IMG/VR virus record: IMGVR_UViG_3300025084_000006
Length of the DNA: 64,000 bases
Origin: a virus
Reading direction: 5' to 3' (one strand)
This document shows, in pieces, positions 12,901-20,243 of this stretch (positions within the stretch are counted from its first letter, which is position 1; each line of letters begins with the position of its first letter). A program made the position numbers and the translations under genes. Under the pieces are notes generated by a model. That model was given only the letters and a program-made list of their open reading frames with translations, had not been told where the DNA came from and searched no databases.

Positions 12901-13663
12901 TCTCACCGATTAAATCATCAGCATTTCCTTCTAAAACAATTACCTTAAGAGCATATGATGTAATCCAATCAGAAAAAGATGATTTTAGAGTATTATCTTT
13001 AGGTCTTAGAACCTTGGGTTTATCATTAGAAACTAGTGTGTTGAAAATAAACTGAATAGACCTATCAGTACCCTTTGCCTGATAGAAATCAGTAATATTC
13101 TTGATTAGGGTACGCTTATCAACATCATCCTTTAAATACTTTTCTGGGAATGATGCTAGGTAATCATTTTCAAAGTTTTTGACAAATGCATACAAGAACA
13201 GATTACTAATGTTCTGTACATTGGCATTGATGTCATGATTTTCTGCCAGAGTGGTAACAAACTGACTGGAGCTGTACAAATCTCCTAGTCTTTGATTGCC
13301 ACTGACACCACGGGATACTTCTCTAAATTCAGTATCTGTTCTGGACTTATAAAAGATGATCTCACTACCGATAGAGATGTAACCATCAGTTTCAGGGAAG
13401 GAAGTTGCATCTTCAACCCGAATAGTGGTATCAACTGCATCAACGTAAGATACTACTTTAGTAGACTCTTTAAGTAGATTTTTTTCATAAAAATCAATAT
13501 CACGATATTTCGTGATATTACTAATCACGTCAAGAGGATTGCCTCTTAACTCCAACTGCTCATAATATTTCTCAATGACTTTAGAGAAATTCTCATATTC
13601 ATTGATAATGAACTCAGGGAGTTGAGATTCAATAAGAGTAGATATTCTTCTGGTCTCTACCAT
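3902..13663 (-). CDS. gp7: baseplate wedge initiator gp7-like protein (3253 aa) with YHYH-like domain
   Basis: N-terminal ISTLIESQLPEFI...LIKNITDFYQAKGT; DSFFYQDYSYVIQS...HPAGF; YHYH-type segment SPILGFAYDGNPIYGPFG...LDENNGRFCVTPEYPTGTYAYF; directly downstream of gp6. Confidence 0.85.
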   Translation of the reverse strand: MVETRRISTLIESQLPEFIINEYENFSKVIEKYYEQLELRGNPLDVISNITKYRDIDFYEKNLLKESTKVVSYVDAVDTTIRVEDATSFPETDGYISIGSEIIFYKSRTDTEFREVSRGVSGNQRLGDLYSSSQFVTTLAENHDINANVQNISNLFLYAFVKNFENDYLASFPEKYLKDDVDKRTLIKNITDFYQAKGTDRSIQFIFNTLVSNDKPKVLRPKDNTLKSSFSDWITSYALKVIVLEGNADDLIGETIIQNLDPLNESVEYASAIVDNVFSAGSVDGLSLYEITIDTATLNNQFGTASKTRLTDSLPTNSDVGDRINVFSTEGFLQKGRIYINGEEVQYSSKNVDQFVISRRERSDGYAADTNVYSYSTITSGDVRLLCLGVLYNLEQETSAPYSEPGDRIQISEPGFTSIDPILIDTNGNLRWFENAGYGSSGDINVGNVISKLKNNISAVYRDENYYYLATGGLPNRPILYSGIGQTLSDQKILRLIRKKPLTITESYETSQRDVGIFVDGTIAFSHKDFDQIKYGKITKFNIENKGNGYNDPPNVLINGAPGLARTFLSGETIGSIELETDNIFTSVPEVTITSGRGAEATAVVTFGAITSINVVNSGEYYSTPPRVVITDKLGKGRFAEYKAILVDGKIVSFESVDQGKFYSKGNVIVEIFPVGRDGLVTCDVFTWTKNRYNKLQPDLDNNNSYVFPHYNPTRGFGYGVCASPTQLRTELSDDGTGHSPILGFAYDGNPIYGPFGFENPLDSTSTIGRIRSAYRIKATRIDGPSVDEFPIGTFIQDYEWVASTSIGKTELDENNGRFCVTPEYPTGTYAYFISVDSDDNPTFPYILGNNFYSLPVDSNYNADLTQDDLPTKAERYRIPGMDGNGSQSMLTIAETLSGNVETLSILNSTDQFKVGGKFQVSDVRTDGSGASAFVSSVVGKDILSMDCKSLETTNTKSVALVRLISPTYLFENDIVTQEDSAFTGKVISDISNRSEFVLEEVSGTFVEGKDLNSSSTIISILIDRNVFFTAESTLLLTDGADSTLATGRVLESVSNQNSVKVEVLSGEFVVPDSVTTAHFLQSTTLGDSVGGEVVVYSNLSKEIKAFAVRDDLVLVETDGTHNVGVNSYIDVEVDPDVSQTTTEYYVRKRFYQEIKLKTPSFGSLMTDTGVGRGDLLNGGLAYTSGNYVDVELIFLDQSRVRNGIGSPGDSKNAIATINVSDFNGTGYGSVSDFTITNKGSDYIKGDILTVADADLGRLSNAISSQRLAINVDHIGLAQLNTKLSLVQVNKLSENDLLKIDSEIVKVVSIDSSNREVTIERGIEGSNIVDHFDGTLVSLYKGVYRFDANSRPLGIGPNDPTIISYDSTTQNIVLAYDYSSTSPREVTLSSVFQDNSSPKKSIALSSVVPGENRLEFSKDVNFATFGVNTDIRIQKYYNYVFDTSHVSMQGVFLDFSASRTGTIFTEEKIVSGIQPGNAGSFVSITLGFGPNIVGQTQQRFPVNFDTYYYFIKSNSDVNTDGAALRVIDDPIAGSKQILFSSQTKFAYAYTETPDYNGKGSLRYNTDSPFAIGKIKSATIDNKGIDYKRLPVITGCNVDSDNQPNLKVQWDSITKTILGVEILQGGKNFVSPKAYVSRGDGTGAVFNVFQDAGRIVRIDVVNEGSGYNYIPEITIYEGGVEAYFGSNNIGLPKNVSIVKNGGGYHNDTTILPKFTSHYALIIRGQSKFFKGERVEQRDGNRLVFSAIISDKGWRLGTNIIRLEKITGNVDFNLPLVSVMQTSRSVEVVDVLSTQFKPTIKSFSDNMGRFTSDKGKIGDRNQRLTDSFFYQDYSYVIQSKTPINTWRDLIKQTTHPAGFLMFGEVVIESEQESSMPIEQPKSDKISFIELAPKNVTVERKSTRVTQSSIRVRDTNLRRGVGSVSINEYDTEGILSKELILAQDFSGRYATQEDYIGPIKSITKVGDGTSEIAVGFGGGTNFTTIAGEYNHWVKFKMLGNTNNQPAITPYVDATSPAQSWSGSLHNYSILPNDEYVTSGGGNFDLSKINLMTIGFMPEFGEFSSNQGTSNTEFGAVIQSNESDFSEIASGFEVGDTITFYENASTFVKVEVVTVDSPAYHPTLGVIGDGNVLGRRTFQLLDKANNLAYSPYNEQETFITLNGVAQEPKKAYEISGSQITFASAPLGPQYPITGENFDDTYTTDPTKFVCKSFKFKNDTFNDKYLKKIKDISGSFDGISTEFALSWDDDTIVKTDTKENLLIFVNGVLQAVNTAYTIRRSANDSQTDIIVFIEPPRNFYDVIDYTPEQLDQKEYFYGYGVGSYDRLRIDERLIPYRGEGPYLVFDEETDTVKNINEADFALVFVDGVLQAPDTYKLNGPNISFTEKLIKYIPSTGESLASKVEIISLFGRQVPKTLSAYDYDRIIFRNEVSIVLTKVLDDPNGKDEYIEWQENFTAFDPSVTKNVFTFDDNGNRVFIGKLNSVRFDLLEDGTATGNAKPGVVAEQLTIKILNAENLKFTANDYDPRVSDDDELRIKGIFITDQTDFTDFVSFNSAYPIFKIDWEYSKNADGERVLVQDIPDWLKGSKLGDDAYFNLYNNLVDIAPGDEIMIDGEKDYRKILYIPPEVKGRNFNNGQTAKFEHYSPIEVTNYNDIVRGEGLSVTCTIGDGGAVTGVGFSDLEWNRRDLKLFFDTGILLQPTAYQYFVPPQVKFIPVDGRGGGARAEVLTIAGQVLDVILLEGGSGYTQPPRAVVTRGYNVLRKPNRTIQSNYRLEIGTQIGLQQQTTIATEIIISGQGQSTGLFSLISFGIVGSVTPIDNDEIVNIITPEAEEVGDQLGLPEGNSIIFTNRDPFTAIDQVASELLINETLITVTLDNPIASITNISPAGGVDVIINNLQKIINTPIAYFREESASATGALLDSPLSPIGTTLYVNNTSLFADVGKLQVGREIVGYERKLQDRFLNVTRGLDRTVAVAHPAGQYIRTIPDSVRVIDAGPRSIIATIVSVAQSDVSNIEVKNQIHSISDIVDVQVDTNLKMTLQKEIQPSVTEVSVAIQNYVISLTESSVLMSSESVSVAASTIQSINSAELPQQVLTDVIEYEIAPYLTYNDQVITLQLTSTATPTESSVLMSDESVSVVASTIQTINNASIVTEKALDLHTSQVETSVSQSLQIFAAIPPSTDPGGLNSPIPVASILSTETALYAVIHGTETEVAILGNHLPVIDGKDKPADITLNREMGVLDFFEELVVLETSVLLR

Positions 13664-13669
13664 TTAAAC

Positions 13670-15478
13670 TTACTCTGCGATAATCGTGAACAAACTCTTA
13701 GGGATATCTACGTCAAGATAAACTTCCCTGATGGCACTAATATCATTGCTTAGAGGGACAGATCTAATTTCAATACGATTGTCAAAGAAACTACCTTTGA
13801 TAATCGTTAAGTCAAACAATTTAACCTCGCCTTTCTTGTAATCTACTGTTCCAACAGAATCGTTGAGAACAATTTTTTCACTAGTTATAGAGTCTATTCT
13901 ATATAGGACCATTTTACCAGCACGATCCTCCAGATACACTGTATACAAAGGATATTCGCTGACCTTAAATCCAGTAGATTGAACTACAGTATCCTCATCA
14001 CATGTGTCATCGAATGCATTCTGGAAACACACTTCATAAAAGAATTTGTTATTGATACTAGGATAGAAATCCTTTCTCATTTTAATTGTTGTGAGATTGC
14101 CGTTAATACTACGATCTGCATCATCGATGACACTGACAAATTTTGAATACCTAAATTTGCCATTAAATTTTTCTGTATCAGATGTTTCGATATATTTCTC
14201 TAGTCCAGCAATAACTTTGGATTTGATATCGTCATTAGTTTGATTAGTCTTAGTCTTATCAAACATGATTCTAGATGTCATCTCAACATATAGTACAGAT
14301 GCATCAACAATATCAGCACTGATAGAAGCAACAATATATGGTTTGAGACCAGTTTTAATTTCTTTCTTGGTTCTCGAACTCAACCTTGATGCGGATTTTG
14401 GTTTTACTACAATCTTTACCTTACCATATTCTGGGGGATCATCCTCTTCTCCGCCAAACGTAATGATATCAGCAACAGCAGGATAAATCTCACGAACAAT
14501 TGCTGCGTAGTCTTCTGCAGTTACTGCTCTGTTCTGTGTACCAAAAAACTTAGGTGCGTTGTACTTGATCTTTTTAAGTGACTCAATTTCAGCACCTCCA
14601 TTTGCCGCTTCAGCAAGATCTGCTGCTGACGTGTAGGAAATGCTGTAATTATAGTTAGAAGACCCCTGTGGGTCCTCTAGGACGCCATTGAAGGTGAATG
14701 ATTTGGCACCATTGCTCTCAGGACCATTTGTAGAGAGATATGTAATGTCAATCTTGTTTCCTGCTTCTAATTTCTTTCCAAGGACTCCATCACCGAAGAA
14801 AATTTCATATTGCTCATCTTCAATCTCTTCTACGTAGAATACCTTGCTATCTCCCGTAACAGAAAGTATATTGTCCGCTCTTGCAAACATAGTTCCCGTA
14901 CTTGCCTGTGCAGAAGGGAGAACACGTACTCTTAACGTAGAAATGTCCGCAGATGGGTTCTTAATTGTAAACCTGTTCGACGCAGTTGCATTTACAATAT
15001 AAGTATCTGTAACAAAATTACCCTCATAGATCGCAACTTCATCAAAAGTTGCGGTTCCATTAACTACTTGTGTTTTAATATCCTCAACTGCAACGTAATT
15101 ATACGCTCTTGTGTCATACGATGCGGTAAATCCTGTACCTCGCTTCAGTATGATCTCATTGGGTGCAGTGTTGGGGAAAACTGCTCTAAACGTTAATACT
15201 GCTTTTGGTGATGTTGCAGACTTGGGTGTGTATCCTAATTGCTTCGCTAATGCTACTACGTTGTCCCTCAGCGTTGCTGAATCAAGGAACGTCTCATTCA
15301 CCACCATGTTAGTGTTGAATGCCGTGTAGTAGGTGTTATACGCCAACACATCCAAAAGGTTCGCCCATGTCGAACCTTCAAAATCGAAGTCAGTAAATTC
15401 TTGCTGCGATCTCAAGTATTCCTTGAGAGCAGTCTTAATATCTGCAAAATCTAGGTTTGACAGCTGAACGTATGGCAT
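13670..15478 (-). CDS. gp6: baseplate wedge subunit gp6
   Basis: LDFADIKTALKEYL, FTDFDFEGS, LAYNTYY, FLDSATLRDNVV, QNRAVTAEDY motifs. Confidence 0.96.
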   Translation of the reverse strand: MPYVQLSNLDFADIKTALKEYLRSQQEFTDFDFEGSTWANLLDVLAYNTYYTAFNTNMVVNETFLDSATLRDNVVALAKQLGYTPKSATSPKAVLTFRAVFPNTAPNEIILKRGTGFTASYDTRAYNYVAVEDIKTQVVNGTATFDEVAIYEGNFVTDTYIVNATASNRFTIKNPSADISTLRVRVLPSAQASTGTMFARADNILSVTGDSKVFYVEEIEDEQYEIFFGDGVLGKKLEAGNKIDITYLSTNGPESNGAKSFTFNGVLEDPQGSSNYNYSISYTSAADLAEAANGGAEIESLKKIKYNAPKFFGTQNRAVTAEDYAAIVREIYPAVADIITFGGEEDDPPEYGKVKIVVKPKSASRLSSRTKKEIKTGLKPYIVASISADIVDASVLYVEMTSRIMFDKTKTNQTNDDIKSKVIAGLEKYIETSDTEKFNGKFRYSKFVSVIDDADRSINGNLTTIKMRKDFYPSINNKFFYEVCFQNAFDDTCDEDTVVQSTGFKVSEYPLYTVYLEDRAGKMVLYRIDSITSEKIVLNDSVGTVDYKKGEVKLFDLTIIKGSFFDNRIEIRSVPLSNDISAIREVYLDVDIPKSLFTIIAE

Positions 15479-15871
15479 TTATCGAGTTCTCTCTAGGAAG
15501 AATTCTAGTGTTTGTGGAAAATCTTCTCTACCAACAATCTCAAACTCTATTTCTACATCAAACCCGTTACTATCAAAGTTTGCTTCAACAGAAAGTTGAG
15601 TCGTTGCAACACGTGGTTCATAATCACGTAACGTTTTTTTAATATTAGTGGCAACCTGACCTGCAGTTGCCACATCAAGTGGTTCAAACATTAATGAACG
15701 TAAATCAGAACCTAGATCAGGAGCAAAGGGCCTTTCTCCCTTATTTGTTAATAATAAATTTACAATCGCCTGCTTAATTGCAGCATCATCCTTCTTAACG
15801 ACTAAATCGCCTGTTACAGGATGAGGTTTGAACGTAATGCTCAAATCTTTAAACGATTGTTGATTCGCCAC
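15479..15871 (-). CDS. gp25: baseplate wedge subunit gp25
   Basis: FKDLSITFKPHPVTGD, AIKQAIVNLLLTNKGERPF, YEPRV. Confidence 0.95.
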   Translation of the reverse strand: MANQQSFKDLSITFKPHPVTGDLVVKKDDAAIKQAIVNLLLTNKGERPFAPDLGSDLRSLMFEPLDVATAGQVATNIKKTLRDYEPRVATTQLSVEANFDSNGFDVEIEFEIVGREDFPQTLEFFLERTR

Positions 15872-15902
15872 TTATTAGTAGAGGTTACCTCCTAGTATTT
15901 AG

Positions 15903-16079
15903 TCACTTACCAACAAATCCATCGTCCCATTCTGCTGTTGCTAAAAATTCTCTGGTCTGTTGCATTAGTTCATTTTCTTTAGCAGACTTATTCAACCAAT
16001 AATCACTTTCTACTTGAGTGATCAAGGTCATTCCTGATTGTACGAAATCGTTGCTCTTATCGGTGGGACTATTTGCCAT
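15903..16079 (-). CDS. small hypothetical protein (58 aa)
   Basis: Manual translation MANSPTDKSNDFVQSGMTLITQVESDYWLNK...; fills the gap; below the ORF-track cutoff. Confidence 0.7.
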   Translation of the reverse strand: MANSPTDKSNDFVQSGMTLITQVESDYWLNKSAKENELMQQTREFLATAEWDDGFVGK

Positions 16080-16506
16080 GGACTATTCTCGTATACATTT
16101 TTGGTGACCAATAACTATAATAATTGGTCTGGTGCAAAGATTTCCTTGCCTGTACTAATTTATCAATCTTTGAACATAGCACTATATTGTATTCACCAAA
16201 GTTCGTCTGAACTCCATTGATATATGAAGGATCATGTTTATGATCATCTAATACAATATATTCATTTTGTGCCATGTTCAACATTGATACACTTTGTAGC
16301 ATTGCTGCTTCTGAAACGTCATCCTCAACTATAAAGATGATAATCTCAGCGTTAAGGTCTGAATTCAGAGCAATGTCGATTAAATTACACTCTATAACTT
16401 CTACACTTGCTGCTGCTGCAAAGGGACATATAGCATGCCCACCGAGTTCCTTTCGTTTTACTGAAACATACTCGATCCATTTACTAACAGCATCAATCTT
16501 AGACAT
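16069..16506 (-). CDS. hypothetical protein (CPFA motif, DUF1415-like)
   Basis: LGGHAICPFA motif; coupled to neighbouring genes. Confidence 0.65.
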   Translation of the reverse strand: MSKIDAVSKWIEYVSVKRKELGGHAICPFAAAASVEVIECNLIDIALNSDLNAEIIIFIVEDDVSEAAMLQSVSMLNMAQNEYIVLDDHKHDPSYINGVQTNFGEYNIVLCSKIDKLVQARKSLHQTNYYSYWSPKMYTRIVHGK

Positions 16507-17143
16507 CGGTGAAAAAGAATACTTGGTTTAATCTATACTCTTCACCAAAATACATATCATCAACAATATTCATTCCATGCGTGAATTTATTTCCGTTGAA
16601 AAGATATAATCGATTGTATATTGGTTCTAACGTATGTATCACTTCATAATACTCTTTAGATCGCCATGGGAATTCGTGCTCATTGACTCCCGTCTTATTA
16701 TCGATATCCTTGGAAATATAAAGATTCGTACCTGAACGATCACCTGGATTATTATTTAAATATATGATCCCAGTATACCCTGCATCTTTATGTGGCCACC
16801 AATAATGATCATGATAGTTATTAAACTCACATTTCTTGAAGCGAGTTAAATTTGTAATCACTTGACCTGATTCAATAGCACGATGTCCACAAATTTCTGC
16901 TAAGTCATCATAAACTCTTATTGAATCAGAGTGATAAACATCATGTCTACGATCCTCAAAGTGTATCCCGTTCATTGATCGACTCTCATCACCCTTCCAT
17001 AACCCAGGTAGTGTGCCGAGAAAACTTCCGACAACACTATCTGGATCTGAATAATAATCGTCGATCTGATATATCGTAGATCCTTCTACCTTACTTTCCT
17101 TGACCACGATAACGCTTCTTTGCTCCATTACGACTGGTTGCAC
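16499..17143 (-). CDS. 2OG-Fe(II) oxygenase-like protein (DUF6445-like); true start probably downstream of 17143
   Basis: IDDYYSDPD, PHKD (HxD), GIIYLN, GTNLY, YNRLYLF...H...R. Confidence 0.75.
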   Translation of the reverse strand: MQPVVMEQRSVIVVKESKVEGSTIYQIDDYYSDPDSVVGSFLGTLPGLWKGDESRSMNGIHFEDRRHDVYHSDSIRVYDDLAEICGHRAIESGQVITNLTRFKKCEFNNYHDHYWWPHKDAGYTGIIYLNNNPGDRSGTNLYISKDIDNKTGVNEHEFPWRSKEYYEVIHTLEPIYNRLYLFNGNKFTHGMNIVDDMYFGEEYRLNQVFFFTDV

Positions 17144-17237
17144 TTAACTTGGTGTGCTTCCCCTTACCCTGACGACTCTTCTTGGGAATTGCTTCCACAT
17201 ACGTGCCGCCTTTCATGAATCCGCCTGCTTTTGCCAT
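17091..17237 (-). CDS. small basic protein (48 aa)
   Basis: Manual translation MAKAGGFMKGGTYVEAIPKKSRQGKGKHTKLSATSRNGAKKRYRGQGK; has its own sigma70-like promoter. Confidence 0.8.
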   Translation of the reverse strand: MAKAGGFMKGGTYVEAIPKKSRQGKGKHTKLSATSRNGAKKRYRGQGK

Positions 17238-17260
17238 GAGTCTCTCTTGGTTACCTCCAT

Positions 17261-17289
17261 ATTATAGCACATACCTCACTACCCTGCAA
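17261..17289 (-). promoter_or_regulatory. sigma70-like promoter
   Basis: TTGCAG-17 nt-TATAAT upstream of 17237. Confidence 0.65.
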
Positions 17290-17608
17290 AGACTTTGTTC
17301 GTACCCTTTGCAATCGTGATCCCTGTGCCAGGATTCAATGTATCACCCATTCTTCCAATACTTGCCCCGTTTACTCTCACAGTACTCGATCCCTTCAATG
17401 TCCTAGGACTCGTACATGGATCGCCCTTTGGTGTAGTGCCAGGTACAGGTTTAAATGCATCACCCTCCTTTAATACAACTTTACCCCCCACATATACCTT
17501 CCCACTAGTTGCAACACTCGGTGTCCCTAAAACAGTCGGAGGGGTGTTACATATTCCTGCGCCACCAGAATCTATGAAGGTGGGGTCTGCAATTGACGGA
17601 CCTGGCAT
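17279..17608 (-). CDS. PAAR-like tail spike tip protein (T4 gp5.4-like)
   Basis: VYVGGKVVLKEGD, GSSTVRVNGASIGRMGD, GTNKVFAG. Confidence 0.88.
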   Translation of the reverse strand: MPGPSIADPTFIDSGGAGICNTPPTVLGTPSVATSGKVYVGGKVVLKEGDAFKPVPGTTPKGDPCTSPRTLKGSSTVRVNGASIGRMGDTLNPGTGITIAKGTNKVFAG

Positions 17609-17766
17609 TTTATCTCCTGTAGTTGTATATACACATCATTGAGAAAATCTGCCAACTTTTCATGTTGCACAGATCCTGGACGACAATAATACATCGTCCC
17701 AGGTTCCTCACAATCCTTCAACCTCTTCTCCAAGGAATTCAATCTCGCTGTTAACTCTTGATCCAT
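17572..17766 (-). CDS. hypothetical protein
   Basis: Likely start MDQELTARL...MYYCRPG...; the upstream extension in the ORF track overlaps the adjacent gene. Confidence 0.65.
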   Translation of the reverse strand: MDQELTARLNSLEKRLKDCEEPGTMYYCRPGSVQHEKLADFLNDVYIQLQEIKCQVRQLQTPPS

Positions 17767-17974
17767 TCTTAAATTGCTCCTTCTGTTGTATGCCGTATGC
17801 TCCAAATGCTGCAGAAATATCCATCTCTGGTGCTGCCTCAGCACCCGCATAGTAATCTAATGCAGCATCTTGGATGGCATCGGCAAATTCATTGAAATCA
17901 TCAAACCTTTGCTCCTTAATAGTGCCATCCTTTGTTTTATACCTGATCTCTAGGTTTTCCTCTTTTTCAGTCAT
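17708..17974 (-). CDS. acidic hypothetical protein (late region)
   Basis: 88-aa ORF in the late operon. Confidence 0.7.
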   Translation of the reverse strand: MTEKEENLEIRYKTKDGTIKEQRFDDFNEFADAIQDAALDYYAGAEAAPEMDISAAFGAYGIQQKEQFKNGSRVNSEIEFLGEEVEGL

Positions 17975-18087
17975 TTTTTTACTGGGCGAATTTTTTCATA
18001 TGCATTTAATCCTAAAATACGTATTACCTCCACTAAACACATACTAATATAACTGATTTCTTCAAAAGGGGTTGTGCGAGTGTTCAT
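17971..18087 (-). CDS. small hypothetical protein (38 aa)
   Basis: MNTRTTPFEEISYISMCLVEVIRILG...; ATGA overlap with the next gene; first ORF after the late promoter. Confidence 0.5.
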   Translation of the reverse strand: MNTRTTPFEEISYISMCLVEVIRILGLNAYEKIRPVKK

Positions 18088-18122
18088 ACCTGGAGGATTT
18101 TTTATATTCGGAGATGCACTAA

Positions 18123-18130
18123 TATTTATC
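18123..18130 (-). promoter_or_regulatory. late promoter (GATAAATA) opening the baseplate block
   Basis: NATAAATA just downstream of the early-region terminator. Confidence 0.65.
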
Positions 18131-18196
18131 TCGCTTGGGTAACACTTTGTAGGTTAGAGTACGAGTAGGAGTCCCGCTCGGCATTCGGGGGTATAC

Positions 18197-18224
18197 AAAA
18201 AAAGGGGCATATTACTGCCCCTGT
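18197..18224 (-). terminator. rho-independent terminator closing the early region
   Basis: AGGGGCA-GTAATA-TGCCCCT followed by a T-run on the minus strand. Confidence 0.85.
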
Positions 18225-18226
18225 GT

Positions 18227-18433
18227 TTAATTTAGTGCTGTCAGTGATCTTCTCAATTGTCGCTTAATCTGTGCGATGGCATAGTTATCACTTGGTGTCT
18301 TTGAGCATGTTTGAATGATGCCTAGGTCAGGGTGTTTGTATTTCAAATGCTTCGATTCATCGATGCAGATGAGACCTTCGGCAAACATGATTGAATCAAC
18401 TGCCTTGCGGTATTTCCTGATGTTCATTGACAT
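18227..18433 (-). CDS. HicA-like (dsRBD-fold) mRNA interferase family protein
   Basis: KHLKYKHP...TCSKTPSD...IAQIKRQLRR matches the phage HicA-like pattern; start at MSMNIRK. Confidence 0.6.
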   Translation of the reverse strand: MSMNIRKYRKAVDSIMFAEGLICIDESKHLKYKHPDLGIIQTCSKTPSDNYAIAQIKRQLRRSLTALN

Positions 18434-18473
18434 ATAGTGTGGTGGGGTTAGTGTAAGGAAAGGGGGCGACCCC

Positions 18474-18695
18474 TTAGAGTTCAGCGAGCATCTCATCCAT
18501 CTCGTCGGTGTCTACGTCATCGGATAACCAGGAGATGCCGTCGCCTGTGATGTACTCGCCGTACTCATCGATCCAACGCTTCGCCCACTTGCGATAACCT
18601 AGATTCTTGTTTGCTTTGGCGTGGCGGTAGATCGTCTCATCGTTGCCGATCCAAAGAGCGACGTTCCAGGTTGCGTGGTTTGCCCATCCGTTCAT
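18474..18695 (-). CDS. early hypothetical protein (NGWxNxxTWNVALW family)
   Basis: MNGWANHATWNVALWIGND. Confidence 0.8.
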   Translation of the reverse strand: MNGWANHATWNVALWIGNDETIYRHAKANKNLGYRKWAKRWIDEYGEYITGDGISWLSDDVDTDEMDEMLAEL

Positions 18696-18747
18696 GCTGT
18701 GTCCTGTGTTGTGTTCTCTTGTATTGTAGTCGGTAGGCAGACGCTGC

Positions 18748-18975
18748 CTAGGAGAGCAGTGCCAGTTCCTGCTCTGTCACGCTGCTGATGTTCTCGTCTT
18801 CGTAGACACGCACCCATGGGATGGGGTTGCCTTCGGTGAGACGCCAGATCATTTGATCACCCTCGCGTTCCTGCTGTCTGATTGCTGCGATGCGATAAGC
18901 GCCAGCAATGGTGGGGGTATAGTCAGCACCCCACTCGTCAAAGGTGCCGAAGGAGGTGGGTTGAACTGCGAACAT
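18748..18975 (-). CDS. early hypothetical protein
   Basis: 75-aa ORF with upstream early promoter module. Confidence 0.75.
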   Translation of the reverse strand: MFAVQPTSFGTFDEWGADYTPTIAGAYRIAAIRQQEREGDQMIWRLTEGNPIPWVRVYEDENISSVTEQELALLS

Positions 18976-19042
18976 GTGTTTGTTTGTTTGTTGAACTTAG
19001 TCTACAGGGTCAGGGTGGCAACCTAGGGGTTGCCTGTGTCAC

Positions 19043-19282
19043 TTATCCGATTGTCCCACCCATCATGACGCTGTACTGAGAGATGGAGATGATCTTCATC
19101 AGCACGTATTCAAAATCGTCTTTGATTTCTTCTTTGTAGGCGTCTGCCGTTGATTGGCAATCAAAGAGACGAAGAGAATTGAAGGACTGGAAAAGATGTT
19201 CCAGTCCTTCGTAATGTCCGTCAAGATAATCACCACCGATGACGGCGTAGCATTTTGGGTCGTTCATGGTTTCGTTTCTCAT
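19043..19282 (-). CDS. early hypothetical protein
   Basis: 79-aa ORF with upstream CCCTGTAGACT -10 element. Confidence 0.7.
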   Translation of the reverse strand: MRNETMNDPKCYAVIGGDYLDGHYEGLEHLFQSFNSLRLFDCQSTADAYKEEIKDDFEYVLMKIISISQYSVMMGGTIG

Positions 19283-19306
19283 GCTGTTAGTCTACAGGGT
19301 CAGCGC

Positions 19307-19495
19307 CTAGTGTCTGTCGCTGATGTTCCAGTTCGTGAACTGTTCGGGTTGGATCTTGCCTGCTCTCACTGCCATGCGATACTCATGCTCTGCCTGCTGT
19401 TGCTTAAGGATCGAATCCATGACACGACTCATCAAAGGGGTAGGGTCGCCCGTGGTGATGAATTGTCCGTTGTGATGGCGTTGTGTTTTGTTCAT
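19307..19495 (-). CDS. early hypothetical protein
   Basis: Start reassigned to MNKTQ because the promoter TTGGCA-17-TATAAT lies immediately upstream. Confidence 0.7.
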   Translation of the reverse strand: MNKTQRHHNGQFITTGDPTPLMSRVMDSILKQQQAEHEYRMAVRAGKIQPEQFTNWNISDRH

Positions 19496-19611
19496 GTCCT
19501 TATTATAGGGGCTGTGAGAGGCAGTGCCAAAACCATGTGACACTTAGGCGATTGGGAGGCAGCCGACCAGTTAGTGTTACTTAGTGGGGGGATTGTCCCC
19601 CCTAAGTGTGA

Positions 19612-19938
19612 TCAAGCAAACTCGACAAAAGTGTAACCATTGACGAAATCATGGGTGACGTTGTTGTCACGAATGAACCATGCAAAATTGCTTTGATGTA
19701 CTCCATCAGTCATGCCATTACAGAACTCGTTGATGATAGCATTGAGACGTGATTTGGTTGTGTTTGACTGCCAACCGCCATCGAAGATGCGAACGAACTC
19801 ATCACCAATCTCAGCAATTTTGTTGCCATGCAAGCGAACCTCAGACACACCATCTTGAGTCGTAACTGTTGTGTTTGCCTTTGACCAGTTGGCGTTGCCT
19901 TTGATAGCAGCGTTCATTTGGGTTTCGATCTTACGCAT
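19612..19938 (-). CDS. conserved phage early protein
   Basis: MRKIETQMNAAI...VRLHGNKIA...GGWQSNTTKSRLNA. Confidence 0.8.
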   Translation of the reverse strand: MRKIETQMNAAIKGNANWSKANTTVTTQDGVSEVRLHGNKIAEIGDEFVRIFDGGWQSNTTKSRLNAIINEFCNGMTDGVHQSNFAWFIRDNNVTHDFVNGYTFVEFA

Positions 19939-20010
19939 GAAAGTCGTGAGTTGTTTGTCTTGAATGTATTGTTGCAGGGATGGGGGTGAATTGCAACCCC
20001 CTATGTGACA

Positions 20011-20208
20011 CTAGTCAGACTGGTTGGATTCGTCCACATCCAGCATGATTGCCATGGCAAGATCACAGAGGTGATCATCTGCCTCGAATGGGACAATCTG
20101 TGAGTCTACGAAGTCCATGACCATTTCAAAGTCTGCCTCAGGATTGGAGATACAGAACCCCCTGATGTCTGAAGCGATGTTGTTGCGTGGATCGTTGAGT
20201 TTGTTCAT
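20011..20208 (-). CDS. early hypothetical protein
   Basis: Start MNKLND just after a TATACT -10 element. Confidence 0.65.
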   Translation of the reverse strand: MNKLNDPRNNIASDIRGFCISNPEADFEMVMDFVDSQIVPFEADDHLCDLAMAIMLDVDESNQSD

Positions 20209-20243
20209 GTGTCTAGTATAGAGGTTGATGGGGCAGGATGGGG

